A stretch of 64,000 nucleotides of DNA from the NCBI RefSeq assembly GCF_009914755.1, contig NC_060927.1; one strand, 5' to 3'. Under the pieces are notes generated by a model, which saw only the letters and a list, made by a program, of their open reading frames with translations, had not been told where the DNA came from and ran no database searches. The DNA comes from the human T2T-CHM13v2.0 reference genome, Homo sapiens. The number at the start of each line of letters is the position of its first letter. Positions within the stretch are counted from its first letter, which is position 1. Below, one piece after another: positions 15,765-28,772 of the stretch. The translations under genes and the position numbers were made by a program.

Positions 15765-15987
15765 CAGTGTCTTGAGAGGGGCAGAAAACAAACAGGAAGG
15801 AACAAGTCTCTTCTTCCTCCTCAGCCTTCCTGTCTCTCTCCCCATAGCAATTCCTGCTGGGAGATCCTAACAGGGAGCCATCTAGCAAAGGGGAAATGTG
15901 GGCTCAGAGTCTCAGCACCAACATGACAAAGCAGAACATGAAAGGATGGGTCTGAAGTTGAGAGACAAGACCTTCACTTCTAGCACA
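15765..15987 (-). mobile_element. Old LTR fragment (LTR78-like)
   Basis: CCTAACAGGGAGCCATCTAGCAAAGGGGAAATGT...GTTGAGAGACAAG...GCACA resembles the recalled LTR78 end. Confidence 0.45.
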
Positions 15988-17639
15988 GACATACATAAAA
16001 TAATGGTGCATCCTGTAAGTGATGACATCTTAGATGCAACAAAAAAGCTGTATATAATTATATACTGTATTGCTATCATTACATTATAAACTGGATATAA
16101 TTATAATTTGTCTAGAATGTAATCTTTTCTCTAATAATTAAGAATAAGGAAAGCAGTGTATTGTGGTTTAGAACAAAACTTAGTATAATATAAAATGGAT
16201 ATTTCTGCCCTCTAACTTCAGAGTATGTTTTCTTGAGATAATTGAAATTAGTGGGGTACAAGACAGTAAGCTCCTGACCTGGTTATCTATTCTTATTATT
16301 CTTATCTATCTATTCTTATGTTTCTTATTAACCCAAGAAACAAAGCCCATGCTGCCACTTTGGCTGGTCAATAAGCATCATTAACTGTCCAGCCATTTCT
16401 CGTTCTTCACTTCCCATCTTTCCCCTCTTTTCTGTATTTGTACTTTCTTCTTAGAAATGGAATTAGAGATGAACCAAGAGGATATATGTGATTCCCACAG
16501 GCTGTGAGTCAGTCTTTTACCAAACCATCTAAATTTCTTCTTTCCTCAGTAAAACACAGTGCAAAAATTTAACAGATAACTTCCTATGCAAATATAATTG
16601 TGAAACATCAAAACCAGCCACGATGAAAGGCATCAACATTGCTGGCTGAACATTTTAATCTATCAATAAAAGCAAAGAAATGTTTAAGAGACTGCTGGGG
16701 AAAGGAAGGACGTGAGAATCTCTCTTTCTATCCCCTTTGTCATTCTAGTCAGTATGTACCCATGTGCCTTACGCCAGTTTTGGCAGCTGACTAATAGAAC
16801 TGTACAAATATTGGAGAAAATCCAGAAACTAATGATGAAAGTATTTTCCAGTGATAAAAGGGTAAAGAAGATTAAAATTACTGATTGGAAAGGTAATCTA
16901 GAATGAAAAGCAGACAATCCAAGATATAAAGCTGAGAATGGCGTGAATGTTATTAGCAAAGTAGAAAAGTACCAGAAAGATCTAGCAGACTAAAGTTCAC
17001 AGTGAGTTAGCACTGTACTGCTTCTCCTTTCTACTGGCAGCAACATAAATAAATGTGACTTAAAATTATAAATATGTCATCCATTTACATATGACAAATT
17101 TTTCTCATCCCTAACTTATTTTCTGCCTAATAATTGAGACGGCATTATAAACTGTGTCCATTTTTAATGTATTTTAATAAGAAGAATACTGTAATCAAGA
17201 TGGAAAATTGAACTGAAATGAAAAGCCTTCATCCCTACAACAAACATATACAATGAACAAATAAAGCATATATTTTTTTCAAAATATGTAAATACAGATT
17301 TAAGTTCAAAAATCATAATATGAAAAGTCCAGGTGCCAGAACAAAAGGAAATTTCCACTCTAAGAAGGATCTGAGTCACGGGCATGCCGCTGTATACCAG
17401 GCTGTGAGGTCTGCCTGTGTAAGCCTAGAAACTGAGGCTATGCATCTCACAGTCAGGAAAAAATAAACCCGCGTTTTCTCTACAAGTGATCCTCTGGATA
17501 TGAAGGGAAAGAGGCATCCAAGGGAATGCAGAACCCCTAACTTGCACCATTCCACATGCGGAAATTCACATTCTTGCACTACGTATAAAATCAATACCTA
17601 ATATAAAAACCTATAAGACACTCCCAGCTTCCTTTTTAA

Positions 17640-17956
<317 letters not shown>

Positions 17957-19194
17957 TGTATGTATATTTATTTCTATTTGCTCCATAAAAAAAAAATGCA
18001 CTAGAGTGACTGGGAGTATGTACGTGCATGTATGTGTATCCTTTAATTGTCACTGTGTTATAAAGCAAAGAATCACCAAAAAAAGAGAAAATGAGAAAGG
18101 TGGTAACAGTGAAAATTAACTAATTAATTAATAATTTTTAATTTGAGAAGCAGAATGATCAACGGTTCTACTCTGGGAGAGAGAAAGGGAAGTAGATGAA
18201 TCTCAAGCTAGTTGTAGGGACAGGAGACCACCTGATTTGTACCATAAATTATCAAAAATTCTCAAGAATTTGCAGCACCAGTTTCCTACTCCTATTACGC
18301 CTATTCTTGAACAAAACACTCAAGGTCTCTAAAAGTGTTTACGTCATAAAGTATGTCTACCTCATGAATGTTTATCCCCTCAGACTCCTCAATTTCTGGA
18401 ATACTGTGAGTCAGCCAGGAAACTCGGGAACCCGACCAACCCAAAGAATAGGCCTAAGGTAACATTCACTTAGAGGTCTCCACAAAATGGCTCAGCCAGA
18501 TCATTCTTTGCAGATGTCCAAAGTAGGCAAGTCTCAATTCCCTACACCAAGTTGCCAAAGAACTTTCAACTGCCTCATGTTAATTTGAGTAGATGAACAA
18601 GGATTGTCAGGCACTTGAAACAAGCCACAAACACAGAGAAAATATAAAAACAGAAAACTGAGACTACAAAGAAAAAAATAACGATAAAAACAGAGGAAAA
18701 TTGTAAATACCATAATTAATATACTTATAGAGATAGAATAAAATAATATATGTAGGAATCAAGGTATTTAAATATTGCATATTTACGAGGAACAGAGAAC
18801 GTAACTAAACAAGTTGTAAAACAGAATAAAGTGTAAACAGAATATAACGTCACGGAAATCTCGAGAAAGGTCTGGCATGCACCAGAATTTGTCGCTGTGT
18901 GTAAATGAGGGAGCTATGGCAGTACAGTTATTTTCAAAAAATTTATATTGTTGAGGGGCTATCAAGAATAGCTAAAAACTGTAGATACTCACAGAGACTC
19001 TAGGAACCACCATTCCACTCTAAAGGTAATTGCATTTCTACATTGTTTTATAAAGTCTCGTTTTGAATCTTTTACCGTCTTCACATGAACCGAAAATAAT
19101 TTGAATATCTGAAAATGTACCGCAAACACAAAACTTTTGAGAACATCTACCATGAATTGAGGTTTGTCATTACCTACAAAGAGTATCCCAATTT

Positions 19195-20978
19195 TGATGG
19201 CAGTGGCAGCCAGTCCGGAGCAGCCGCTGCAAAGACCCCAGCTGCAGCATGGGTGGCCCATCCTGGGCTGTGCTCCATGGAGCTGGCAGGAGTCGGGAAC
19301 AAGTGGGAGTCTCGCCCCCTTCCAAATTGGCTGGACAGGAGCCCCACCCTCCTGGGCACAGCTGCAGCTGCCCAGCGCGGCTGTGCACCTGCGCATTCCT
19401 GTGCTTTCGGGGGCTAGGGAAGACTCCTGCCTTTGCAGGCTCAGAAGTGTCTGCTGCCGCTGCCTGGTCCCTCCCTGCTCCCGGCGCTTGCTCCAATTTT
19501 GGAGTAAAGTTGAGACTGAGCCCAGGCACTGCTGCAACCTAGCTGGGTGTGCCCACGTTTGGGGCAGTGCTGACACGCCAGCCCCCTGCCGCATCACCCC
19601 CACTCTGCACTTTGGGTGCTAATGAACATGGGAGGGAGGCCGAGGAGGAGGGGCTGAGAGCAGCTTGGCGCTGGCCTACAGGCACCCCTTGGCATGGACA
19701 GCCTGGGTACAGTGGACAGCATGCTGATGGTGGGAGGCAGACAGGTCCCTGGGAGGAAAGGGGCGGGTCCCTGATGAAACCCCACCTTCATGCCAGGGAC
19801 GGCCTGATGCCTGGGGGCCGGGTTACTAATTCTGGGTAGAGTCCACCGCCCAGAGTGGGACCTTAAGGTGCTTTTTCCAAGCCCACTCAGACTGCTTATG
19901 GACCAACCAGCATGCACTTCCTCCCTTCTGAGCCCATAAAAACCCCCAACATAGCTAGACCCACACAGATATGGGGAAGATCTGCCTGCAGAACGGAGCT
20001 AACCACTACATGTCTCCTTTCCACTGAGAGCTGGACAGACGTCTTGACAACCCGCCTGAAGAAGGGAGCTACCTACTGCGAGTCTCCTCTCCACTCAGAG
20101 CTGGACAGATGTCCTGACGACCTGCCTGAGGAAGAGAGCTGCCCATTGCGGGTCTCCTCTCTGCTGAGAACTGGATAGACGTCGTGACAACCTGCCTGAG
20201 GAAGGGAGCTACCCACTGCAGGTTCCCTCTCCACAGACAGCTGGACAGACGTCATGACAACCTGCCTGCAGAAAGGAGCTACCCACTGCAGGTCTCCTGA
20301 GAGCTGTTTTGTCTCTCAGTTAATTAAGCTCCTCTTCTCCTTTTTCACCCTCCAGTTGTCCATATACCTCATTCATTCTGGACTCGGTACCCACTGAATT
20401 GTAGGACTGAAAGAGCTGTAACACAAACCGGGCTGAAACACATCACCCTGCTCACCATGTTGCTGGCAAGGAAAAGGAGAGAAGAGCTGCAGCCCTTCAG
20501 GGAGCCCACACGTAGGGGATCCCTGAGCCAGGGCTCTGACACTCTCTCTGGGGCTCTGTGGTTCCTGGCATCTCCAAGCTTCCAGGCTCCACTGCATCCC
20601 CCCTCATCCAGATGTGGTGACCAGCAGTGGAAGCCACATGCAGTACATCTGGTCCAGCCACAGCTTCACACGGAGCTGGCACCTGTGCAGGTGCCTGGAG
20701 CTACTTGCCCTGGTGCAGCAGCCAGTGTGATTGACTGTGCATAGTGGCCAGATGTCACACTCACTCACCCACACATCCCTCGCTGCTCCATGCCTGGCTC
20801 ACCCTTGGCAGCTGCGGGATCTGGGCTGGTAGCATGAGCCAAGCACAGCCTGCCAGGCTTAGTGGGCAGATCGAGCCCAGTGGGTGCAAGCAATACTCAG
20901 GTAAAAGGCACCACTGGCCACAGAGGTTTCTGGCTGGCGAAGCAACACCCCAAGACAACTTCAAGACACCCCATGACA
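19195..20978 (+). mobile_element. MER52-family ERV1 long solo LTR (~1.78 kb)
   Basis: TGATGGCAGTGGCAGCCAGTCCGGAGCAGCCGCTGC start, CAGAGGTTTCTGGCTGGCGAAGCAACACCCC end, GC-rich, TSD ATTT/ACTT. Confidence 0.88.
19982..20306 (+). repeat. 70-bp tandem repeat, ~4.6 copies, inside MER52
   Basis: Units start at 19982, 20052, 20122, 20192 and 20262 (CTGCCTGCAGAAAGGAGCTACCCACTGC...GACGTCATGACAAC). Confidence 0.95.
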
Positions 20979-22365
20979 ACTTCAGTGTTTGTTATTCACA
21001 ATATTCTATGTCTTGTTCCCAGCGCAAATTTTGTGCATTAATCCTCACTCTTACCCTGCCTTATTCACGGATGACTCAAAATTACTGACTGTTCTTTATG
21101 TATCTTTGTATTATCCCCTAATTACCACGTAAAGTATCTTTATATATATTACACACAACTATTCGTGAATAAATGAATAAATATTTATGAATAAACAAAT
21201 GAGTCATATTGGGTTAACCCAATTTAAGTCCCTAAGTTAATTTTGTTGTCTGTGTAAAGCATTGGCTAAAGACAATCTCTACAGACTAGCAAACTTATTA
21301 TGAAATCTATTCTGTGCCTACTATGTGTAAGACATTATCTATGTTATCCACATTATATCATTTAAATCACGGGCTGATCATAGCAGTGTTTAACTTCTGT
21401 GGTTTTGAATGGAGAAGAGCAATAGAGAATTTGTTAACCACTATCTGGGTCATAAAAATGGGTTTCTAAGGAGGGGTATCACTGAAGAAATGTAAAATGC
21501 AAGCTTAGTTTTCAAAACTCTGTCCTGATTTTCAAAAAAACACTGTTAAGCTTTAAAAATCGCCTCATGCATCATGGAAAACAGAACTAAAAAGCTAAAT
21601 ATTCTACCAGAACATGGAACTTGAGTATGGACTCTTGTGTAAATGAATATAAGTGTTATTAAAGATGTTTTACTTAAAACAATTGAAAAACCTCATCTGT
21701 ATCATGGAATAATCACTTTTGAAACTATGGAAAGTTTAAGTCATTTGGAATAAAATTATTTGTTAAAATTGATTTCACTCATCTTTGGGACTAGGGGAAA
21801 AGTGATATATAAAATGATTTCCATCAATATCCAAACTATGGAGATTACATATAGTCAGTTGTCTGTAAAGTGAAGCTATTCATGAAAATGGAAATTCTAA
21901 GTATTCTTCACCCTTAGGAATTTTGATGCTATCAAATTTTATTGAAATAAACACAGAGATTTATTCCAAGTATTGAAAAATATTCATTAAAGAGCTCAGT
22001 AGGATAAAAAGAATACTGAGACTCTCCTGTGGTTTCTGTTTTCTCTAAATGTTAATACTTGTCACAGTGTATATCCTGCCTACTATAAACACTAAGGTTT
22101 TCAATCATTTCCTGGAATATCACTTACCAGTGGATCCAAGCTTTCTCATTGTTTTTAGCAAAATGTAGCTCAGTTTGTATCTTTTGATTTTCTTCAGTAT
22201 TTTAATAATAATTATTATTATGTAATATTTGTTATAAAAGTAATTAGATCAATAGCAGTGACCATTATTGATTCTTTCACTGTGCTAGGAATTGGACTTA
22301 GCACGTCACACATATATCATTTAATCTTCAAAACAACCACACTCTGAATATATCCAACTGCCAAA

Positions 22366-22896
22366 TGTATTGGTTTCTTATTGCTACTCTAACTACAGTT
22401 ATCAAAAAAATTAATGGATTAAAATATACAAGTTTATTATCATATAGTTCTGGAGGCCAGAAGTCCAAAGTCGTCTTACTGGGCTGAAACCAAAGTGTTA
22501 ACACAGCTGTGTTTCTTCCTGGAGGCTCTAGGAGAGAATCTGTTTCTTTGTTCGATCTCTAGAAACTGTGGGCAGTTTCTAGAAATTGCCCACAATCCTT
22601 TTGCTCACGGCCCCTTCCCCTATCCCCAAAGCCAGTGACATCAGACAGAGTTTTTCTCAAGTGATTGTCTCTTTGGTTCTTCACAGTCACATCTTCCTCT
22701 AACTCTTTTAAGGATCCCCTGATCACATTGGCTCTGCCCAGTTAATCCAGGAGTCTCCCCATCACCGGCTCAGCTGATTAGCAACCTTAATTCTATCTGC
22801 AAGTTTAATTCCCTTTACCATGTAACCTAACATATGAAAAGGCTGTCGGGATTAGGACATAGAGATTTTGGGGGAGCCACTATTCTCGCTATCACA
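22366..22896 (-). mobile_element. MLT1D-type MaLR LTR inserted in a MIR
   Basis: TGTATTGGTTTCTTATTGCT...GGAGGCTCTAGGAGAGAATC...GATTAGGACAT...ATCACA; MIR-like halves at ~22230-22350 and ~22897-23000. Confidence 0.75.
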
Positions 22897-23459
22897 GCAG
22901 ACAGGAAAGATAAAGCATCATAATTAATCCCAAGGCCAACAGCAAGCAAGTGGCCATGTCAGGAATCAAACCTAGCTCTGTCTGATCCTATAAATTCTCC
23001 CTCCATATTATCTCAAATACAGTTTACTGAATGACCAATTGAAATTTCAAAAGAAATAAAAGAAAAAAAAGGAATAAAGAAAAATTCAATCAGCCTTTGG
23101 GCAATTATTAAACATTTAGAAAAATCCAGTTACTTGACTATAGTATCTTTCACTTCTCATTCAGTTGTTTGGTACAATATAGATCACGACCTCTGATGAA
23201 GTCCCATTTGCTTCTCTTACTTATTTACACATCTTGAACCACCAGAATGGCAGATGATCTTCTATTAAGAAAATATGCAGTGTAAGCAATTAAAAATTGT
23301 AATTGATGAACTTAGCATTTATAAACTGGCTAGAATCACACTTAAAAAAAATCTGTGGATTTTCAATGTTAACATCTTTTATATAGCAGTTTCCTACCAT
23401 GACCTACAATACTACAAAAAATTGTTGCTGCCTGACATGGGTATACTTGAGGCATTGTA

Positions 23460-23665
23460 ATAAGTAGGATTGTTCTTTATGGCTCTGCCACTTGCCAGTC
23501 ATGAGAACTTGGGCAATTGACTTAACTCTCCTAAATGTTGGATTCTGTATCTGTTAAACAAGGATCATTATGGTGTCATTGGTTAGAGATGATAAATGTA
23601 CATTACAGTATACCGTTCACTGCATGTCCTCTGACACAATATAAGTACCAAATAAATGTCATCCA
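23460..23665 (+). mobile_element. MIR
   Basis: GGCTCTGCCACTTGCCAG...TTGGGCAATTGACTTAACTCTC core. Confidence 0.6.
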
Positions 23666-24413
23666 AATTATTTTTCCAGTTTTTAGCAATTTATTTGGAC
23701 ACATAATAAATCACATTAATTGTAGTTATTATTTTTTTCAGTAGCAACATTTACTCATCCGAACCAGACCTTCTTGAGTGGCTTATATTTCAGTATCATT
23801 TCTTGCATAATTTTTCAAACTTCATATAGTTTGTAAAGGAAAAGGAATATATAAATGAATTACAAGACAGCATCATTATTTCCTTTTTCTTATTTTTTAT
23901 TCAGCATCTATTGACTTTACAAATCCATTTTGAGGCATAAATCTAAATGAGTGGCATTTTCAAATATTAGATAATGAAAGCTTATTTGTGGTCATTGTTC
24001 TCTGGTGGCAGTTTTGACTTTCTGCCCCATAGCCTTCACTAAACTGCAAAACTCATAGAAGTTATTAGTGATGATCCAGTGCATTTGTTTCCTGGATGAT
24101 GAAACTCCAAATTCCAGATGGGATTATTCTCCATTTTATGCCTGTCCAGCTCTGGAATTTCTACAGCCATTATCAATGTAAATTAATTGCAGTTGATTTT
24201 AAGGTTACAAGTGACATAAAGCTCAATATTCCCTTGTCCAAAATTATTGTTATTGAAATAGGAAATGCCCTCTTTGTAACATTATTTTGGAGGCTAGCCT
24301 CCATTTCCATGGACTCATCACACCATGTATTAGATTGGCATAAAAGCAATTGCTTTTGTACCAACCTAATAAAAGGACATTGGCTCTGTTTCAACTCCAT
24401 GGCTTGTTTTGAA

Positions 24414-24721
<308 letters not shown>

Positions 24722-24971
24722 TAAAGAGAAAGTATGCCCTCACTATTTATTACCACCATTGTAACAGTTACCCTTCCTGTAGGAAAGCACTAATTGCCCT
24801 GGAGAAAATCAAGATATTTGTAAAAATCATTGTTGATCTCAAATTAGAAACAATTATAAATCCCAAAGAGAAATATATGTACACATATATTAGGATGATT
24901 ACATATAATATATATATAGTCTTAAAGTGATACAATGTTAGATGATATTTTAATTCTAAGTATCAAAGGAG

Positions 24972-25062
24972 GGATCTTAGTTTCCTGGGCTCCATGGGGG
25001 TGGGACCCACCTGGCAAGCCAGACCACTTGGCTCCCTGGCTTCAGCCCCCTTTTCCAGGGGA
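24972..25062 (-). mobile_element. Isolated inverted copy of an L1 5'UTR segment (source 25755-25841)
   Basis: Reverse complement of 25755-25841 apart from a few substitutions and a 4-nt insertion. Confidence 0.9.
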
Positions 25063-25299
25063 AATTAATTTCATTTTTTGTATCTTTCCCATCCCTCCAT
25101 TATTGTCCCTATTTTTTTTCTAAAAGAATTGTCTCAGAAACAGAAGTCCTCTGAACTGAAAATTGTCACGTTCATATTTTTTCACACATTGTTGCATGTT
25201 ATAGCAACATTTTATATAAAAACATTGTGCATATTAGTAAAAATACCTCTTTTTTATACCCTCTGTAATAGTCACTACATAAAGAAATGAACTGAATGC

Positions 25300-27124
25300 G
25301 GATTCAAGATGGCCGATTAGGAATAGCACCAGTCTGCAGGTCCCAGAGAGACTGATGCAGAAGGTGGGTAATTTCTGCATTTCCAAATGAGGTACCTGGT
25401 TCATCTCATTGGGACTTGTTGGACAGTGAGTGCAGCCCACGGAGGGTGAACTGAAGCAGGGTGGGGTATTGTCTCACCCGGGAAGCACAAGGGGTTTGGG
25501 AATTTTCTCTCCTACCCAAGAGAAGCCATGAGGGTCTGAGCCTGAGAAATTCCAGCACAGATGCTGTGCTGGTCCCATGGTCTTCGCAACCGGCAAACCA
25601 GGAGATCCCCTCCAGTGCCTACCCCACCAGGGCCCTGGGTTTCAAGCACAAAACTGGGTGGCCAATTGGGCAGACACAAAACTTGCTGCAGGAGCTCTTT
25701 TTTTCTTCCATACCCCAGTGAGGCCTGGAAAACCAGCAAGACAGAACCATTCACTCCCCTGGAAAAGGGGGCTGAAGCCAGGGAGCCAAGTGGTCTGGTT
25801 TGGCAGGTCCCACCCCCATGGAGCCTAGGAAACCAAGATCCACTGGCTTGAAATTCTCGCTGCCAGCACAGCAGCAATCTAAAATCCACCTGGGACATTC
25901 GAGCTTGGTTGGGGGAGGGGCGTCCGCCATTGCTGAGGCTTGAGTAGGTGGTTTTACGGTCACAGTGAAAACAGAGCTTCTGGGAAGTTTGAACTGGACA
26001 GGAGCCCACTGCAGCTCAGCAAGGCTGCTGTGGCCAGACTGCCAGGTGTCTCCTCTCTGGACAGGGCATCTCTGTGAAAAAGGCAACAGCCCCAGTCAGG
26101 GGCTTATAGCAGACTTAAACATCCCTGCCTGAAGGCTCTGAAGAGAGCAGCAGACCTCCCAGCACAGCATTCGAGCTATGCTAAGGGTCAAACTGCTTCC
26201 TCAAGTGGGTCCCTGACCCCCTTGTATACTGAATGGGAGACACCTCCCAGTAGGGGGCCGACAGACACTTAAACAAAATTACAAGAAAAAAACAATCCCA
26301 TCAAAAAATGGGCAAAGCGTATGAACAGACACTTTTCAAAAGAAGACATTTATGCAGCCAACAGATATTTCAAAAAGTGGTCATCATCACTGGTCATTAG
26401 AGAAATGAAAATCAAAACCATAATGAAATACCATCTCATACCACTTAGAATGATGATCATTAAAAAGTCAGGAAACAACAGATGCTGGAAAGGTTGTGGA
26501 AAAATAGGAAAGCATTTACACTGTTGGTGGGAGAATAAATTACTTCAAACATTGTGGAAGAAAGTGTGGCTATTCCTCAAGGATCGAGAACTAGAAATAT
26601 CATTTGACCCAGCAATTCCATTACTGGGCATATTCCCAAAGGATTGTAAATCATTCTACTATAAAGACATATGCACACATATGTTTACTGCAGCACTATT
26701 CACAATAGCAAAGACTTGGAACCAACCCAAATGTTCATCAATAATAGACTGGATTAAGAAAATGTGGCACATATACACCATGGAATACTATGCAGCCATA
26801 AAAAAGGATGAGTTCACGTCCTTTGCAGGGACATGGATGAAGCTGGAAACCGTCTTTCTCAGCAAATTATCACAAGATCAGAAAACCAAACACTACATGT
26901 TGTCACTCATAAGTGGGAGTTGAGCAACGGGAACACATGGACACAGGGAGGGAAACAACACACACCACAGCCTGTTGGGGTCGGCGGGCTAGGGCAGGGA
27001 AAACATTAGGAGAAATACCTAATGTATGTGATGAGTTGATGGGTGCAGCAAACCACCATGGCACGTGTATACCTACGTAACAAAACTGCACGTTCTGCAC
27101 ATGTAACCCAGAACTTAAAGTATA
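25300..27124 (+). mobile_element. L1PA7/8-like element with 5'UTR fused to the ORF2 3' end (~4.5-kb internal deletion)
   Basis: CAAGATGGCCGATTAGG start; 5'UTR to ~26268 joined to TTAAACAAAATTACAAG; ORF2 C-terminus and 3'UTR ending GAACTTAAAGTATA. Confidence 0.92.
26321..26923 (+). pseudogene. Open 200-codon remnant of the L1 ORF2 C-terminal domain
   Basis: [14 protein letters not shown]...CWKGCGKIGKHLHCWWEN...SLISGS; last Cys of the CCHC-like motif replaced. Confidence 0.8.
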
Positions 27125-28772
27125 TGTATATTTATATATGTATACATATATTATTATATGTTGATATATATGTATACAGATATTATTATATATTAATATA
27201 TATGTATACATATATTACTATATATATTATATATTATATTATATTATATTATAATACATATTTTATAATATATATTATATATATTATATATTTTTATAAT
27301 ATATAAAAACATAAAAATTTATAATATATTTATAATATATGTTATATTGTATAACATATATTATATATTACATATATTATATGTATTATAATTATATATA
27401 ATACATATAATATATATATTATATATAATACATATATTATATATGTATACATATATTATATGTATACATATACATGTATACATATACATGTATATATTAT
27501 TATATGTATTATACATATTATATATTTATACATATATGTATGTATACATATATAATTTATATGTGTATATATACATATATAAATAATATATTTATATATA
27601 AATTTAACTTATATATATATTTATATATATATTAATATATAAATTTATATATATATTATATATGTATACATATATATTTATATATAAATTTATAGTTTAC
27701 ATATAAATAGATATATTTATTTATATATTTATATATTTATATATTTATATTTTAATATGTATTTATATATTTATATAGTTATATATAAATTATATGTATA
27801 AATATATATACATATATATTTATATTTATACATATATATTTATATTTATACATATATAATATATTATATATTTATATTTATACATGTATATTATATATTT
27901 ATATTTATACATATATATTATATATTTATAAATACATTATTTATTTATATTTATATTTATATATGTATATATACATATATAAATATATATGTATATGTAC
28001 ATATAATTTATATATGTACATATACACATATAAATTTCATTTATATATGTATATATGTACATATACACATATAAATTTCATTTATATATGTATATATGTA
28101 CATATACACATATAAATTTCATTTATATATGTATATATGTACATATACACATATAAATTTCATTTATATATGTATATATGTACATATACACATAAATTTC
28201 ATTTATATATGTATATATGTACATATACACATATAAATTTCATTTATATATGTATATATGTACATATACACATATAAATTTCATTTATATATGTATATAT
28301 GTACATATACACATATAAATTTCATTTATATATGTATATATGTACATATACACATATAAATTTCATTTATATATGTATATATGTACATATACACATATAA
28401 ATTTCATTTATATATGTATATATGTACATATACACATATAAATTTCATTTATATATGTATATATGTACATATACACATATAAATTTCATTTATATATGTA
28501 TATATGTACATATACACATATAAATTTCATTTATATATGTATATATGTACATATACACATATAAATTTCATTTATATATGTATATATGTACATATATACA
28601 TATATTTCATTTATATATGTATATATGTACATATACATATATAAATTTCATTTATATATGTATATATGTATATATAAATTAAAATATATAAATATATAAA
28701 TATGTAATGGTGAGTTCATTTCTATATATATTTATATATTTTTATATATATTTATATATTATATATATGTAT
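27121..28772. repeat. AT-rich low-complexity/(TA)n expansion, ~1.65 kb
   Basis: Almost purely A/T with TATA, TACA and TATG motifs, directly after the L1 3' end. Confidence 0.97.
28012..28675. repeat. 41-bp AT-rich minisatellite (VNTR-like), ~16 copies
   Basis: Unit TATACACATATAAATTTCATTTATATATGTATATATGTACA; near-identical copies, one 39-bp variant near 28190. Confidence 0.97.

Noticed and set aside
16900-17030. Possible L3/CR1 RT remnant
   Set aside because: Similarity too weak to call by eye.
19982-20306. 70-bp periodic repeat as a repeat-spacer array
   Set aside because: The whole unit is repeated and lies within a MER52 LTR.
18989-21088. Many overlapping 60-204 aa ORFs
   Set aside because: Stop-poor GC-rich LTR sequence, ORFs in all frames and no recognisable domain.
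26255-26285. Spliced L1 (SpIRE) junction
   Set aside because: No GT donor or AG acceptor at the homologous positions of the intact L1 in this window; short homeology instead.
28012-28675. Regular palindromic repeats suggesting a CRISPR array
   Set aside because: Head-to-tail units with no unique spacers, no cas genes and a primate context; this is a minisatellite.
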